Shown piece after piece: positions 52,825 through 63,559 of a DNA stretch of 64,000 nt. The notes beneath the pieces were generated by a model. That model did no database searches, was not told the DNA's origin, and saw only the letters and a program-made list of their open reading frames with translations. Each line of letters starts with the position of its first letter. Position 1 is the stretch's first letter. The stretch is taken from positions 7,316,001 to 7,380,000 of the forward strand of contig JAQFVV010000001.1 of the NCBI GenBank assembly GCA_028023455.1, in the 5' to 3' direction. This stretch comes from Epiperipatus broadwayi. Its lineage: Eukaryota > Animalia > Onychophora. The translations under genes were made by a program, and so were the position numbers.

Positions 52825-53326
52825 GTAAGTATTTTTAAAGATATTTTTTTTATAAATATTGATAAAATAATAATAATAATAATAAATTTTTTACTTTTTA
52901 ATTAAGCAAAATTAATATGATTGAGTTCAAATTAATTTTATATGATTTTAAAAATTTATAAATGGACTAAGTTTAAAAAGAAATGAAAGATAGCTTCATA
53001 CTCCATCACTATATTAATTAAATTATTATAATTAAGAAATACTCTTTAAAAGAGTTTATTTAAATATTAATGTTAATAATGTTGAATTTATTATTTTTTT
53101 CTATCTTTGTATTATTCATAATAAAATAATTCTTAATATCAATCAGATCAATTATTCTTTTTCAGGTTAAAGCACAATTTGCCTATTACTATCTCTGAAA
53201 TTTTTTTTTCATCCTCTTCTTTTAGCTTCTCTCTCTTATTAAATACTTTTTTTTTCATTATTTTTTCATAATTTTTTATATATATATTACCCTCTCCCTT
53301 TTTTTTTACATATATATATTTTTTAG

Positions 53327-53382
53327 CTTCTCAGCAATGTATGTCATTCAAAGGGAAAAACTCACATATTGCATCATTTGAA
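53327..53382 (+). CDS. Host gene exon (SSQQCMSFKGKNSHIASFE)
   Basis: ttttttAG acceptor and A|GTAAGT donor. 56 nt, phase 1 to 0. Confidence 0.7.
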
Positions 53383-54043
53383 GTAAGTTATCTTAATAAT
53401 AAAATTGTATAAAAATATTATAATGTATTATGTATGAAAATAAAATGTGTATATTGTAAATTTTAAGATATAAAATTTGTTTACAAAATTTGTCTTAAAA
53501 TGAACCGAATTTAAACAATATAAATAAATATTGCAGTAGTTATAGAATTTCTCTTACTAATACCATCTTCATATTTTCATTGAGAAAGTAAATAAAAATA
53601 AAAACGTAAATGGTATTCATGCAATTCTCAGTAATCTAACTAAAAGAGGAAACATTAAAATGCTTTTAGTGACTTATTATTATTATTATCATTCTCTAAT
53701 TCTCCATTTATAAAATCGACTTACATTACATTTTCTCTAAACAATTTGTTTTTTTTTTTACATTTATTTAATCTCATCCCATGATTTTTCAACATCCTGG
53801 ACACTTTTACAGTTTTTTTACAATCTGCCTGCACAATTCAGAAAACAATTTAAATTTGCATTTATTTATATATTGGACTATTTCCATCATCTAATATTAA
53901 ATATTGAATGTCTTTAGAAAAATTTAATTTTATTTAAAGCTTCCAATTACATTCAACTGTTAGTACAAAGGCTAGTATATGCCCAACATTTCGCGAGGTA
54001 TTATTTTCCTCTGTTCTTCAGGGTGTTGCTTGCTGACTAGTAA

Positions 54044-54130
54044 CAGTACCAGCATGGGAATTGAACCTGGATTCTTAGATTCTTGAATATTGAATTTTAA
54101 AGTAACACTAATCAACTGAGCATTCTGCCC
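54044..54130 (-). mobile_element. Degenerate tRNA-derived SINE head
   Basis: Minus strand A-box-like TGCTCAGTTGATTAG and B-box GGTTCAATTCC, with a spacer longer than in a tRNA. Confidence 0.4.
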
Positions 54131-54265
54131 AAGGCAACAGTCAGTAGAAATTTCATATAATTATTTATGAGGTTTCTCCTAATTTCTCCACTTTTTTTTA
54201 ACAGAAATATTAGCAAATTCACCACTTCATTTATTTTGCTGTAATAACTTATATAAATGCAATTT

Positions 54266-54801
54266 ATCCACTCTACTTTGAACACTTTTTAACAAGAACC
54301 TTTTACTGTTCATATATGCATGCACAATCTTATGTTTCGACTGTCCTGCAGTCTTCTTCACAGCTATGATATAATGAACAAAATAAAATATATAACTATA
54401 TAAATAATACTATAAAAAATGTAAAGAATAGTCTTGCATTGGTGGTTGAGAGGTCAGCGCAACTGCCTTTCACTTGCAGGCAGTTGCCTGGGTTGTGGGT
54501 TCGCGTCCCGGCCGATGCTATGACACTTAAAAAAAAAAATGTAAAGAATAATAAAAAAAAAACACTATTTATTTCAGTTTTATTATGTTATATATTTTAT
54601 GTTGTTTTTTAGTGGTTAATTTTTTTTTTTTTTATTCTTTACATTTTTTATGGTATTATTTTTGTGTATTTCATTTTATTTTGTTCATTATATCATAACT
54701 CTGAAGAAGACTGAAGGACAGTTGAAACATCAGATTGTGTATGCATATATGTACAATAAAAGGTTTTTGCTAAAAAGTGTTCAAAGTAGAGTGGATAAAT
54801 T
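54266..54801. mobile_element. Large inverted-repeat element, each arm carrying the hammerhead-like motif
   Basis: Arms at about 54266-54560 and 54625-54801 are reverse complements once the SINE is removed. Motifs at 54330-54374 (-) and 54688-54732 (+). Confidence 0.7.
54431..54533 (+). mobile_element. tRNA-Gly-derived short SINE, copy 2
   Basis: GCATTGGTGGTTGAGAGGT...CTGCCTT...GGTTCGCGTCCCGGCCGATGC plus poly(A). 17-bp TSD AAAAAATGTAAAGAATA (54414-30, 54534-50). Confidence 0.88.
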
Positions 54802-55241
54802 GTTTGTTCTAAGAGCAAAGTTGATTAGTGGTTTTCAATAAACCAATTAAAGTGAAGGGACTTCATCCTTATTATGGCTGGATTCTTGCATGCTCTCTTT
54901 AAGGATTTTCTTCCTTAGTTATTTAAAATCTTTTTTCACTATTAGGATATAATGATAGCTCATTTAATTGGAAGAAAATTCACAATATTATAATACTATA
55001 AGATGATCCCATGTAACAAGGAAATTCTTTTAACAGTTTGGTGATTATGTAGCCTCCATCCAATTATTCTATATTCACATTAATTTGCATGTATCTGTGA
55101 TCTATTTGTTGTCATCTACATGTGATATGCTTGTTTGAGAAGGATAAAAACAAAAAATAACTATCAGTGATGAGCAATATCACTTTATCATAATGTTATT
55201 GTATAATTCTTCTTCCTGCTCTGGGATAGAAAACTTCATAT

Positions 55242-57005
55242 TATAACGGAACTGTGGAGTACACCATAAGACGATGCGAATATGACTCATAATTTACTTA
55301 CAATATTTCAATATGATCTAGACTAATGCATATTCATTACATCTCCCTTTTTAGGTCTCATTACACCACAGAATTCAAACTCAGGGAGTTCTTGCAGTCA
55401 GCTCTCTTCAGGGATGGACTTACTCAATTATTAACTAAATATGCCTATATATAAGCATAGATATAGTATACCGGTTCATCCCTACCCTAATAAGGTGAGC
55501 ATGCGCACATATCTAACATGAAACAAATATAGCGGCATGTCAGGATAGGAAGTAATTTCAAATCTTTTTTATGATCGGTTTGATACAGTCATCGGTACAT
55601 TTATAAAAGTATTGACTCTTACATACCTTTGAAAGATTTCTTTAATTTCAATCCTTCGCACCTCTCCCAGAAAAAGATTAATTTTCCCTCCTGAAAGGAT
55701 ATGTAAGGCCAATAATAACATGAAATAAATGAATCGAACAAAATTTAATAGAAATAAACACTCGATGACTAAAGATTTAAATTCCCATAAGGGAGTATCC
55801 CATATGCCAGCTTATTGTTCTCTGTATCTCAGGTAAAGAAATGGGAAACTAAAACTCACGCAATTATCTAAATGTCTTATTATGTTAGAGAAAGAAATAC
55901 AAATAAATTCTCAAAGCAGTAAGGTAGTTTTATAAATATTAAATAAATGTTTATTGAATCCCTTCACCAATTCCCAAGATAAATATAATAATAACAAACC
56001 CCAATGCATAATAAATAATATAAAAAAATATATATATGAGAGTATTATAGATATATTAACAAAGAAAGAGTATGTAAAATTATAAAGAATCAACTAGTGA
56101 GAAAGTGGTCTGAGGTTCATACACTTGCACACGAATACGTTTTACAAATACTAATTATTACATTAAATAAGTGCGATATTTTACGCAAAGAGATATAAAT
56201 GAAGGATATGTAACACAATAATATATATGTAATTAATAAAATAGAGTGTACCATATAGTCTTTTTTTTTTGTACTTTTCTGGGCTCTGAGTAGGTTATTT
56301 ATCTGTTCATCCAGGATGGCAGGGACTTCTCTTTAACACAGCATCATTCGGCTGCTTTCATTATCATTTGGAGGATGGATTTAGGAGACATTTCTGGCAT
56401 TGTTCAACAGCTCTCATGATCGCTTGATGACTGGATTCAGGAGACCTTTCTGGAATTGTTCCACGACTCTCATGATCATTTGATGGCTGGATTCAGGAGA
56501 CCTTGCTGATGGCAGGAGCGGAGCTGGGCAGGCGAGCTGACTGGGGGTTCCTACCCCATGGTTATTTCACTGACACGAGTACATTTGTGCTTGAGGTTAA
56601 ATTATAAATTTCTTCTTTGGTTAGCAATTATCAACTAACAGTAGGGCTTTCTTTTTGTTTTCTACAGCACTGGTAATGATTCTTTTACTTTGGGTTTCAA
56701 ATACCAACACCTTCCCGCAAACACAGTTCTCCACCGCACTAATACGAATTGTCTAATTGGAAACCATCTTGAAGTTTACATCGGCATGATTTAAGAAAAA
56801 TAATTAGAACTGGGAATTCTCTAAGTTCAAACAAGCAAGTTCAGATAAATCCAAAAAGTTAGCATGAGTGAGTCAGTGATTGACTTAGTGACTGCTTGAC
56901 TGCTTGTGCCCGATTGAATGCCTGTGCCCAATTTAATTCCACTATCTGGTGAACAGCATATAGCCCTCCTCATAAGAATCCCAATCTAGGTACCCCTCTG
57001 TAACA
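55242..57005 (-). mobile_element. Unclassified GC-richer insertion with LTR-like termini
   Basis: Minus strand begins TGTTACA and ends CCGTTATA. Flanks are CATAT and CATTT (possible 5-bp TSD, 1 mismatch). Internal 56-bp tandem repeat at 56352-56502. No recognisable protein. Confidence 0.3.
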
Positions 57006-57806
57006 CATTTAATCACGTAATTTTGACTTGTTAGTGGATTCATACAATGCACGAAGCATTCCTATAAAATCCACTAATTAATCTCAAGAATTTATTTATT
57101 TTTAATTCAATTGATTATCTACTCTGATTCAACATACACACACAAAAAAGTTTGATTATATAAGTTATTTTCCGATAATTAGATTCCATTTAAAATATTT
57201 TTTTAATTAAATTAGATATTTTTCCCCACCTGCATTAACATAAATTTTAACGAACTCTTTTGTTGAGTTGAAATATTTGATAATTAAAAAAAAAAAGAAG
57301 AAACAAAATTACTTATCTATTAAAATGTACTTGCCTTTAGGCTTTTCTTAAATTTGGAACAATGGGTTTGTAGAGAAAAATATCTAGTACAACTTTTGAT
57401 TTAAAATTACTTATATGTTGGATTTTTAAATATTACCATTTCCCTTTCTTTTCACAAGCATTTAACAAACAAAAAAAAAATTATACATACAAATTACGCA
57501 TACACATTTTTGCGTTTATAAAAAAAAAATGAACATAAAATAATAAAAATAAATCATAAGCATATAGCTAATATGCTGATACTTCACATTATAAGCCTTA
57601 ACTATTGGCTTTTCTTGTGTGTGTGAGTATATGACATATCCACAGACATCTCTCACTTATTTTACAATTTGACTTGATTAAAACTTATATAGACTGCATA
57701 CACACACACATTTAATGGCTTTATTATGTATTTTAGGCCATTTTTTTTATGTAATACCATCTTATGCTTGGACATACGAAGTGTGCCTGTCATAATAGGA
57801 AAATAC

Positions 57807-57980
57807 TGATGATGATCAATCATTTAGGAGAGCAATACATAATGATGATGATGATCATCAAACCTTTAATGGTGTAAATTCATAATGTGATGTGAATCTT
57901 TTAATGATATAAATACACAATAATGATGGTGATGATCAAACGTCTAGTGGTATAAATGCACAATGATGATGGTGATGATC
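57807..57980. repeat. Degenerate ~42-45 bp tandem repeat rich in GAT triplets
   Basis: (cac)aatgatgatggtgatgatcaaac...ggtataaat recurs about 4 times. Confidence 0.6.
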
Positions 57981-58675
57981 TAACAGAGATCAGATTGGTT
58001 TAAAAACTTAATATGTTTATTAACAACATATAATAATAAATATTTACAAACAAAAATAAATTAAATAAATATTCGGTTATCAAGAACGCTTTTCTATCAT
58101 TTTGATAGCTTAATACTAAAGAAACAAAATAATTTAAAGTACAGTATATACAAAATTATATTATATAATTCATTAAATATATACATAAAACAAAAAAAGC
58201 AAAATGAGAGTTCACTAATTCTAAAACTACCCCATTAATGTAATTATTAGAATGATATTTTTAGGTTAGGGTAAATATATTTATAACTATTTTTTTATTA
58301 AAAAAAATATATATATAACCCCACACCCATCTCTATGTGTGTGTAAGTTATAGTAAAAATTAATGATAGATACGAAAAAGACTATTTACTGCAGTGGGTT
58401 AATTGTGCACTCAGAAATAAAACAAAATTACAAGTAAATATTATTAAAACTTATTAGTAAATAAAATAGTTTTGTTTGTCCTAAAGTTTGCCCTCAATGT
58501 TAAATATATAAAAACCTTACTTGAGGTCGCTTTGACGGATCAATGTCGAATTTCCAGAGGAATCTGTAAATTTACTTTTATTAAAAATAATACATATTAA
58601 TTGATTGTGATTCCTTTTTTAACATACATCAAATATGACACATATCTATTCACTGCTTCCACTTTTAAATTGCAG

Positions 58676-58702
58676 GTGATTGAATTTGAAAATGAATCTT
58701 GA
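58676..58702 (+). CDS. Candidate terminal coding exon of the host gene (VIEFENES*)
   Basis: ttttaaattgcAG acceptor, phase 0 matching the 53382 donor, stop after 8 codons. No independent support. Confidence 0.3.
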   Translation: MIEFENES

Positions 58703-60044
58703 ATACACAATAAAAAAAAAATTACAATACATAAACTTTCAAATAGAAATGACAAAAGCAAAAAAAAAAATAATAATCACGTGAATCAAAAAAAAAAAAA
58801 TCTATATATATATCCTGAGGAAAGCATTTTGACTACAGTTAAAATTTTATAAATTTAAATGTCAATCTCCCTGTATAACATTCTTGTTCACCAACTCTGT
58901 TAATATTCACATATTTCATGCTACTTGGTTAATACAAACACATACAAATTAGTTCTTCTGAATGTATATAAATCCATTAAAGATTGATGTTCACCAGCGT
59001 TTTATAAAACAGACATTTTGATGGAAACTTTTAAAATGACATCGAAGTTAGCTTTGGAACATCCTACAGTACTGGTCTTTTACCCCCCACACATTGTAAT
59101 GACCATTTTATTAATCATTATTAATTATATTGTGGCTTCAATAGATATATGAAAATGGCTTAAAGAAACAATTTCTAATATTTTCACGTTTCTTTTTTAT
59201 TATTTCTATAATAATAAATTCCAGCTTGCAGAATAAATTATATCATTAGTTCATTCCTGGTAATTATAAATTGAAGTTTAAATTTCCATTTTCTTTCTAT
59301 CCAAATTATAGACTTTAGATTACTTTTAAAATATAGACATTAAGATTTTACTGTTTTTAAATGCTGAACATTTATTTTTTTAAAAAAGAAAATAAAAGAC
59401 TTTTTTTCTTTGTGCTGACAGTTCTGTTGTTAGACCACAAGTGAAAAACGCTAGCTTGTCTCGTGCTAGCTAAAACCTATTGTTACAACTTAATAAAAAA
59501 AATATATATATAAAACATTATTATTATTATTTTTATTTAGTCTTCATTATTGAAATTCGATCACTTAGCAACAATTTTGACTTCATATAAATTTTGACTT
59601 TTGCTTATGTCTGTTCTTTAAGTCAATTAATTATTATTTTAGTTAATGAGAGAAAAAAAATTAACTTCTACAAATAGACAAACATATTAGTTTATATGTA
59701 TGTTTATATATGTAATAATATGATTCGATGTCTGTATTTTTAAAGCAATATACATAATTATATAACTGAATATTTGTAAATACAGTAACTTAATAATTAA
59801 AAAATATTTTATCCACTTAGGAGCGCTTTCGATTATCCCAGTAATCTGTGACAACTAAAGCTTTGAAATGCTAACTTTCCCACAATTCCGTGATCTTAAC
59901 GTTTGCTGCTTGCCTGTTAATCAAGTCATGTTTACATTTGTATATTAGCATAGCTTCCTTTATTTTTCTTTTATTGTTATTTTTTTCAATTTGCAATATT
60001 TTTACACTGTTAAAATTGAAGTCAAAACCATAAATACATTTTAT

Positions 60045-61255
60045 AATTTCTACATATGAAGAAAATATTTTGAAAAAGGAATATTATCAAAAAAATATTA
60101 CTGCATATTATCGATATGTTGATGATGTTTTTGTATGTGGTAAACCAAATACAATTAATGAGTTATTTAAGGAATTAAATTGTTTGAAAGGCCTAAGATG
60201 GATAAAAACAGATGAAGATTTAATGTGCGTTCAGTTTCTTGATCTTAAAATAACTAGAAATCAATGTATGCTGGATTACTGTATAGATCATTAAACCAAT
60301 AGTAAAAAGAGGTTATATTCCATATAAATCAAAAGTGCCAATGTCACACAAAATGGCAGGTTTGAAGTCCTTCTTATTTAGAAATAATAGTCTTTGCAAA
60401 TATTCATCAGATAAAGGCAAAAATATTGAAATATATTCGAATGAATTATTAAATGTTGGCTACAGTTATAATCACAGATATAATGTTATTAGAGATTTTA
60501 ATACAAAATATAAAAATTTTAATAATAATATTGATTAAACCACTAAACATCATATGATCACCATCTCTATACTAGCACATAATTGTTGTAAACAAAGGGA
60601 AAACTCCATACAGTAGTGCCACCCTGTGCCAAACAGAGTAATCAATGCACAAGCCTTCTGGCATCCATTGATTACTCTGTTTGGCACAGGGTGGCACTAC
60701 TGTATGGAGAGTTTTGCCTTTATTTAATAATATTGATTCTCCTGTTAATAAAAAAATATGGATATCAATCCCATATATTTCAAATTATCAAGTAAAGTTT
60801 ATAAGGAAAATTTATAAAGATATATGTGACGTTGCATTTTACATACCTACTACATTAAACAAATTAATAAATAACTAAAGATAAAACCTCATTTATAAAT
60901 AAAAATTGTGTCATTTATAAATGGATATGTAGGTGTGGCAATGGATATATAGGTGAATCTAGATGTATGTTGGAAAAAAGAACTAAAGAACACTTGCTAT
61001 TATTAAAACGTGTTCAGAAATCGAAACAAAATTGCATAGTAGATAATAATATTTCAGCATCTGTTTTTTTATGACCGTAATAAATCATGTATTTATGGTT
61101 TTGACTTCAATTTTAACAGTGTAAAAATATTGCAAATTGAAAAAAATAACAATAAAAGAAAAATAAAGGAATCTATGCTAATATACAAATATAAACATGA
61201 TTTGATTAACAGGCAAGCACCAAACGTTAAGATCACGGAATTGTGGGAAAGTTAG
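60045..61255 (+). pseudogene. Penelope-like RT C-terminus plus GIY-YIG endonuclease, frameshifted and interrupted
   Basis: ORF pieces 60070-60294, 60335-60538, 60725-60878 and 60879-61255, ending ...PNVKITELWES*. Confidence 0.85.
60537..60724 (-). mobile_element. 188-bp hairpin-bearing insertion in the Penelope ORF
   Basis: 14-bp TSD TAATAATATTGATT (60523-36, 60725-38). 44-bp perfect stem 60604-47 / 60666-709. Removing the insert restores ...NNNID-SPVNKK. Confidence 0.8.
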
Positions 61256-61511
61256 CATTTCAAAGCTTTAGTTGACACAGATTACTAGGATAATCGAAAG
61301 CGTTCCTAAGTGGATAAAATATTTTTTAATTATTAAGTTACTGTATTTACAAATATTCACTTATATAATTATGTTTATATATGTATATACTTCATGTATA
61401 TAAGCAGCTATGTAGGATAAATTATTTGCCTACCACTTGGTCTGAATTCAAACATTGTGAAAAAAAAAAACTGGGACAGGTGTGAAGCTTGGTTGTAAGC
61501 CATCTCTTACA

Positions 61512-61838
61512 ACATTTATATAGCTTCTTTTCCTGTATGATATTCTATTTTTTATTTTTGGGTGAAGTATTTTAGTACATTCTTCATCTTAGTTGGTCAA
61601 TTTCACTAATTTGTTGTCATCTATATGTGATTTGTTTGAGAAGGATAAAAACAAAAAATAACTATCAATGATGAGCAATATCACTTTATCATAATGTTAT
61701 TGCATAATTCTTCTTCCTGCTCTGGAATAGAAAACTTCATATTTATATAGCTTCTTTTTCTATATGATATTCTATTTTTTATTTCTGGGTGAAGTATTTT
61801 AGTACATTCTTCATTTTAGTTGGTCAATTTCACTAATC
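61512..61838. repeat. ~97-bp direct repeat bracketing a ~130-bp dispersed repeat also found at 55105-55243
   Basis: atttatatagcttc...caatttcactaat at about 61513 and 61741. The intervening ttgttgtcatcta...gaaaacttcatat matches 55105-55243. Confidence 0.75.
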
Positions 61839-63559
61839 AACAATATATGTCTTATTTTTCTTTTTAGTCTTTCTTGTAGTTATTTTGTTGTTGATTTTTG
61901 AATTATTTGCAGATTCTATTTTTGCTACTAATCTTTTGATCTTCACTGTTATCCTTTCTTCTAAAGTATATTCCTGATTTGTTTTCTATTTTTTTTTTTT
62001 TTTACAAATTTATATTGTTTACCTTGATACCTATCATATTTTCCAGTTTTTTTCCCTTATGGAATTCTTTTATAACATATATATAATATTCCATCTTTCA
62101 AAAATAATGTTAATAAATTTTTTTTATCTATATAAGTTGATATGCTTATTATTATTTAATATTATGTTTATTATACAGATCCTCTTTTTTTTTTTTTAAG
62201 CACTAACTATTTATTCTTTTAGGGTGCTTTTATAAAAACTTTTTGCTTTCTATTTTTCAAACCCAAATTGCTTTATGGATGGTTCCAAATTACTAGAAAT
62301 TGTAAATTAATTTGAAATAGTATTTTTCATGGTATGTAGCATTCATCATTATTCTATTTTTTTTTAATTATGAGAAAATCTTTAAAACTTGTGTCACAAG
62401 TGTGATCATACAAACTTATCAAATCTTTTTTTTTTAATCAATCCAAAGTTTTTAGAATTTATATTACAATTTTACCAATTATGTGTGTTTTTTTCTAGTG
62501 TTTTATGTTACAACTTCATTCTTAATATTTTATGATTCATTTCATCATTATCAACTAATGGTTTCTTTTTTATTTTTTAAAATTTATTTTAGCATATAAA
62601 TCTTTTTCATTTTCTTTTTTCCTAATCATTTATTTTTTCTAAGTCTTTTACTAATTATATATATATTTTCCATGGCAATCATAATTTTTTTTTAGTTGAA
62701 CTTGTTTAATTCTTTCATATATCAAATCTATCTCCCTTTTGGAAATATTATATTTCTTTTACCGCTACTTTTATCTAGTTTTTATTATTTTTCTTATCAC
62801 TTTGTAATTTTTGTTTTTTACACTCTAATTTTCTGTGTGTGGGATTTACATTTTTCCATTTTCATCTCCATGTTTCTAATAATTTTTTATTAAATTCAAG
62901 TTGTTTTTTTTTTTATAATCTACATACGTATTTTTTTACCAACTTTTTTTACTGTTGATTATTTTATTCTTTCAGAATTAATAAAAAAATTTTTTAGTCT
63001 GAAGTTTAAGAATTTTTTTTTTTTTTTACCTTTTTCCTTAATTTTTTAACATTTTTGATGTATTTTTTTTCTGTTTATTTTTTTTTTATATAGTTTTAAT
63101 TTGTAGCTTCATATTTTAAAATAACCAAGATTGTAATCACATTCGATATCTGAATCAGTTTGACACTTGTTGTTGTTCTGAACTTTAAGCTTATTATTAT
63201 CGTAACTTTTATGTCTTTCAGTTTTTTTAATTCTAGACTGAAATTTCCAACATGCTGCAGATCTCTATTCTTTTGTTATCATTCTGTGATTCTTGTTTTT
63301 ATTTTCTTTAATCACCCCCCCCCCCCCCAAACATACATACTAAGTTATCATAATGTTAATTTTATAATCTTATGAGTTTTTGTTAAATTCTTGTCAATGA
63401 TATTTTGTTACTGAAGTTTATCCAGATTTCTGAAACATTTGACTGAATAAAAAAGCCATTATTTGATTGGAGAATATTTAAATTAATATAACTTTGCTGA
63501 TTATATTATTTTATTAATTGATTTACAGAAATGTAAAAAAATGATTAAAAAGCTAATTT

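Larger units (their letters stand above)
59753..61373 (+). mobile_element. 5'-truncated Penelope-like retroelement with an inverted terminal repeat (pseudo-LTR)
   Basis: RT YYRYVDDVFV...VQFLDLKI, thumb region, and GIY-YIG nuclease VIYKWICRCGNGYIGESRCMLEKRTKEH. 59753-60039 is the reverse complement of 61087-61373. Confidence 0.92.

Noticed and set aside
53166-53198. SH3-like start VKAQFAY after a strong acceptor
   Set aside because: The frame closes after 10 codons with no donor, and the phase does not match the upstream donor.
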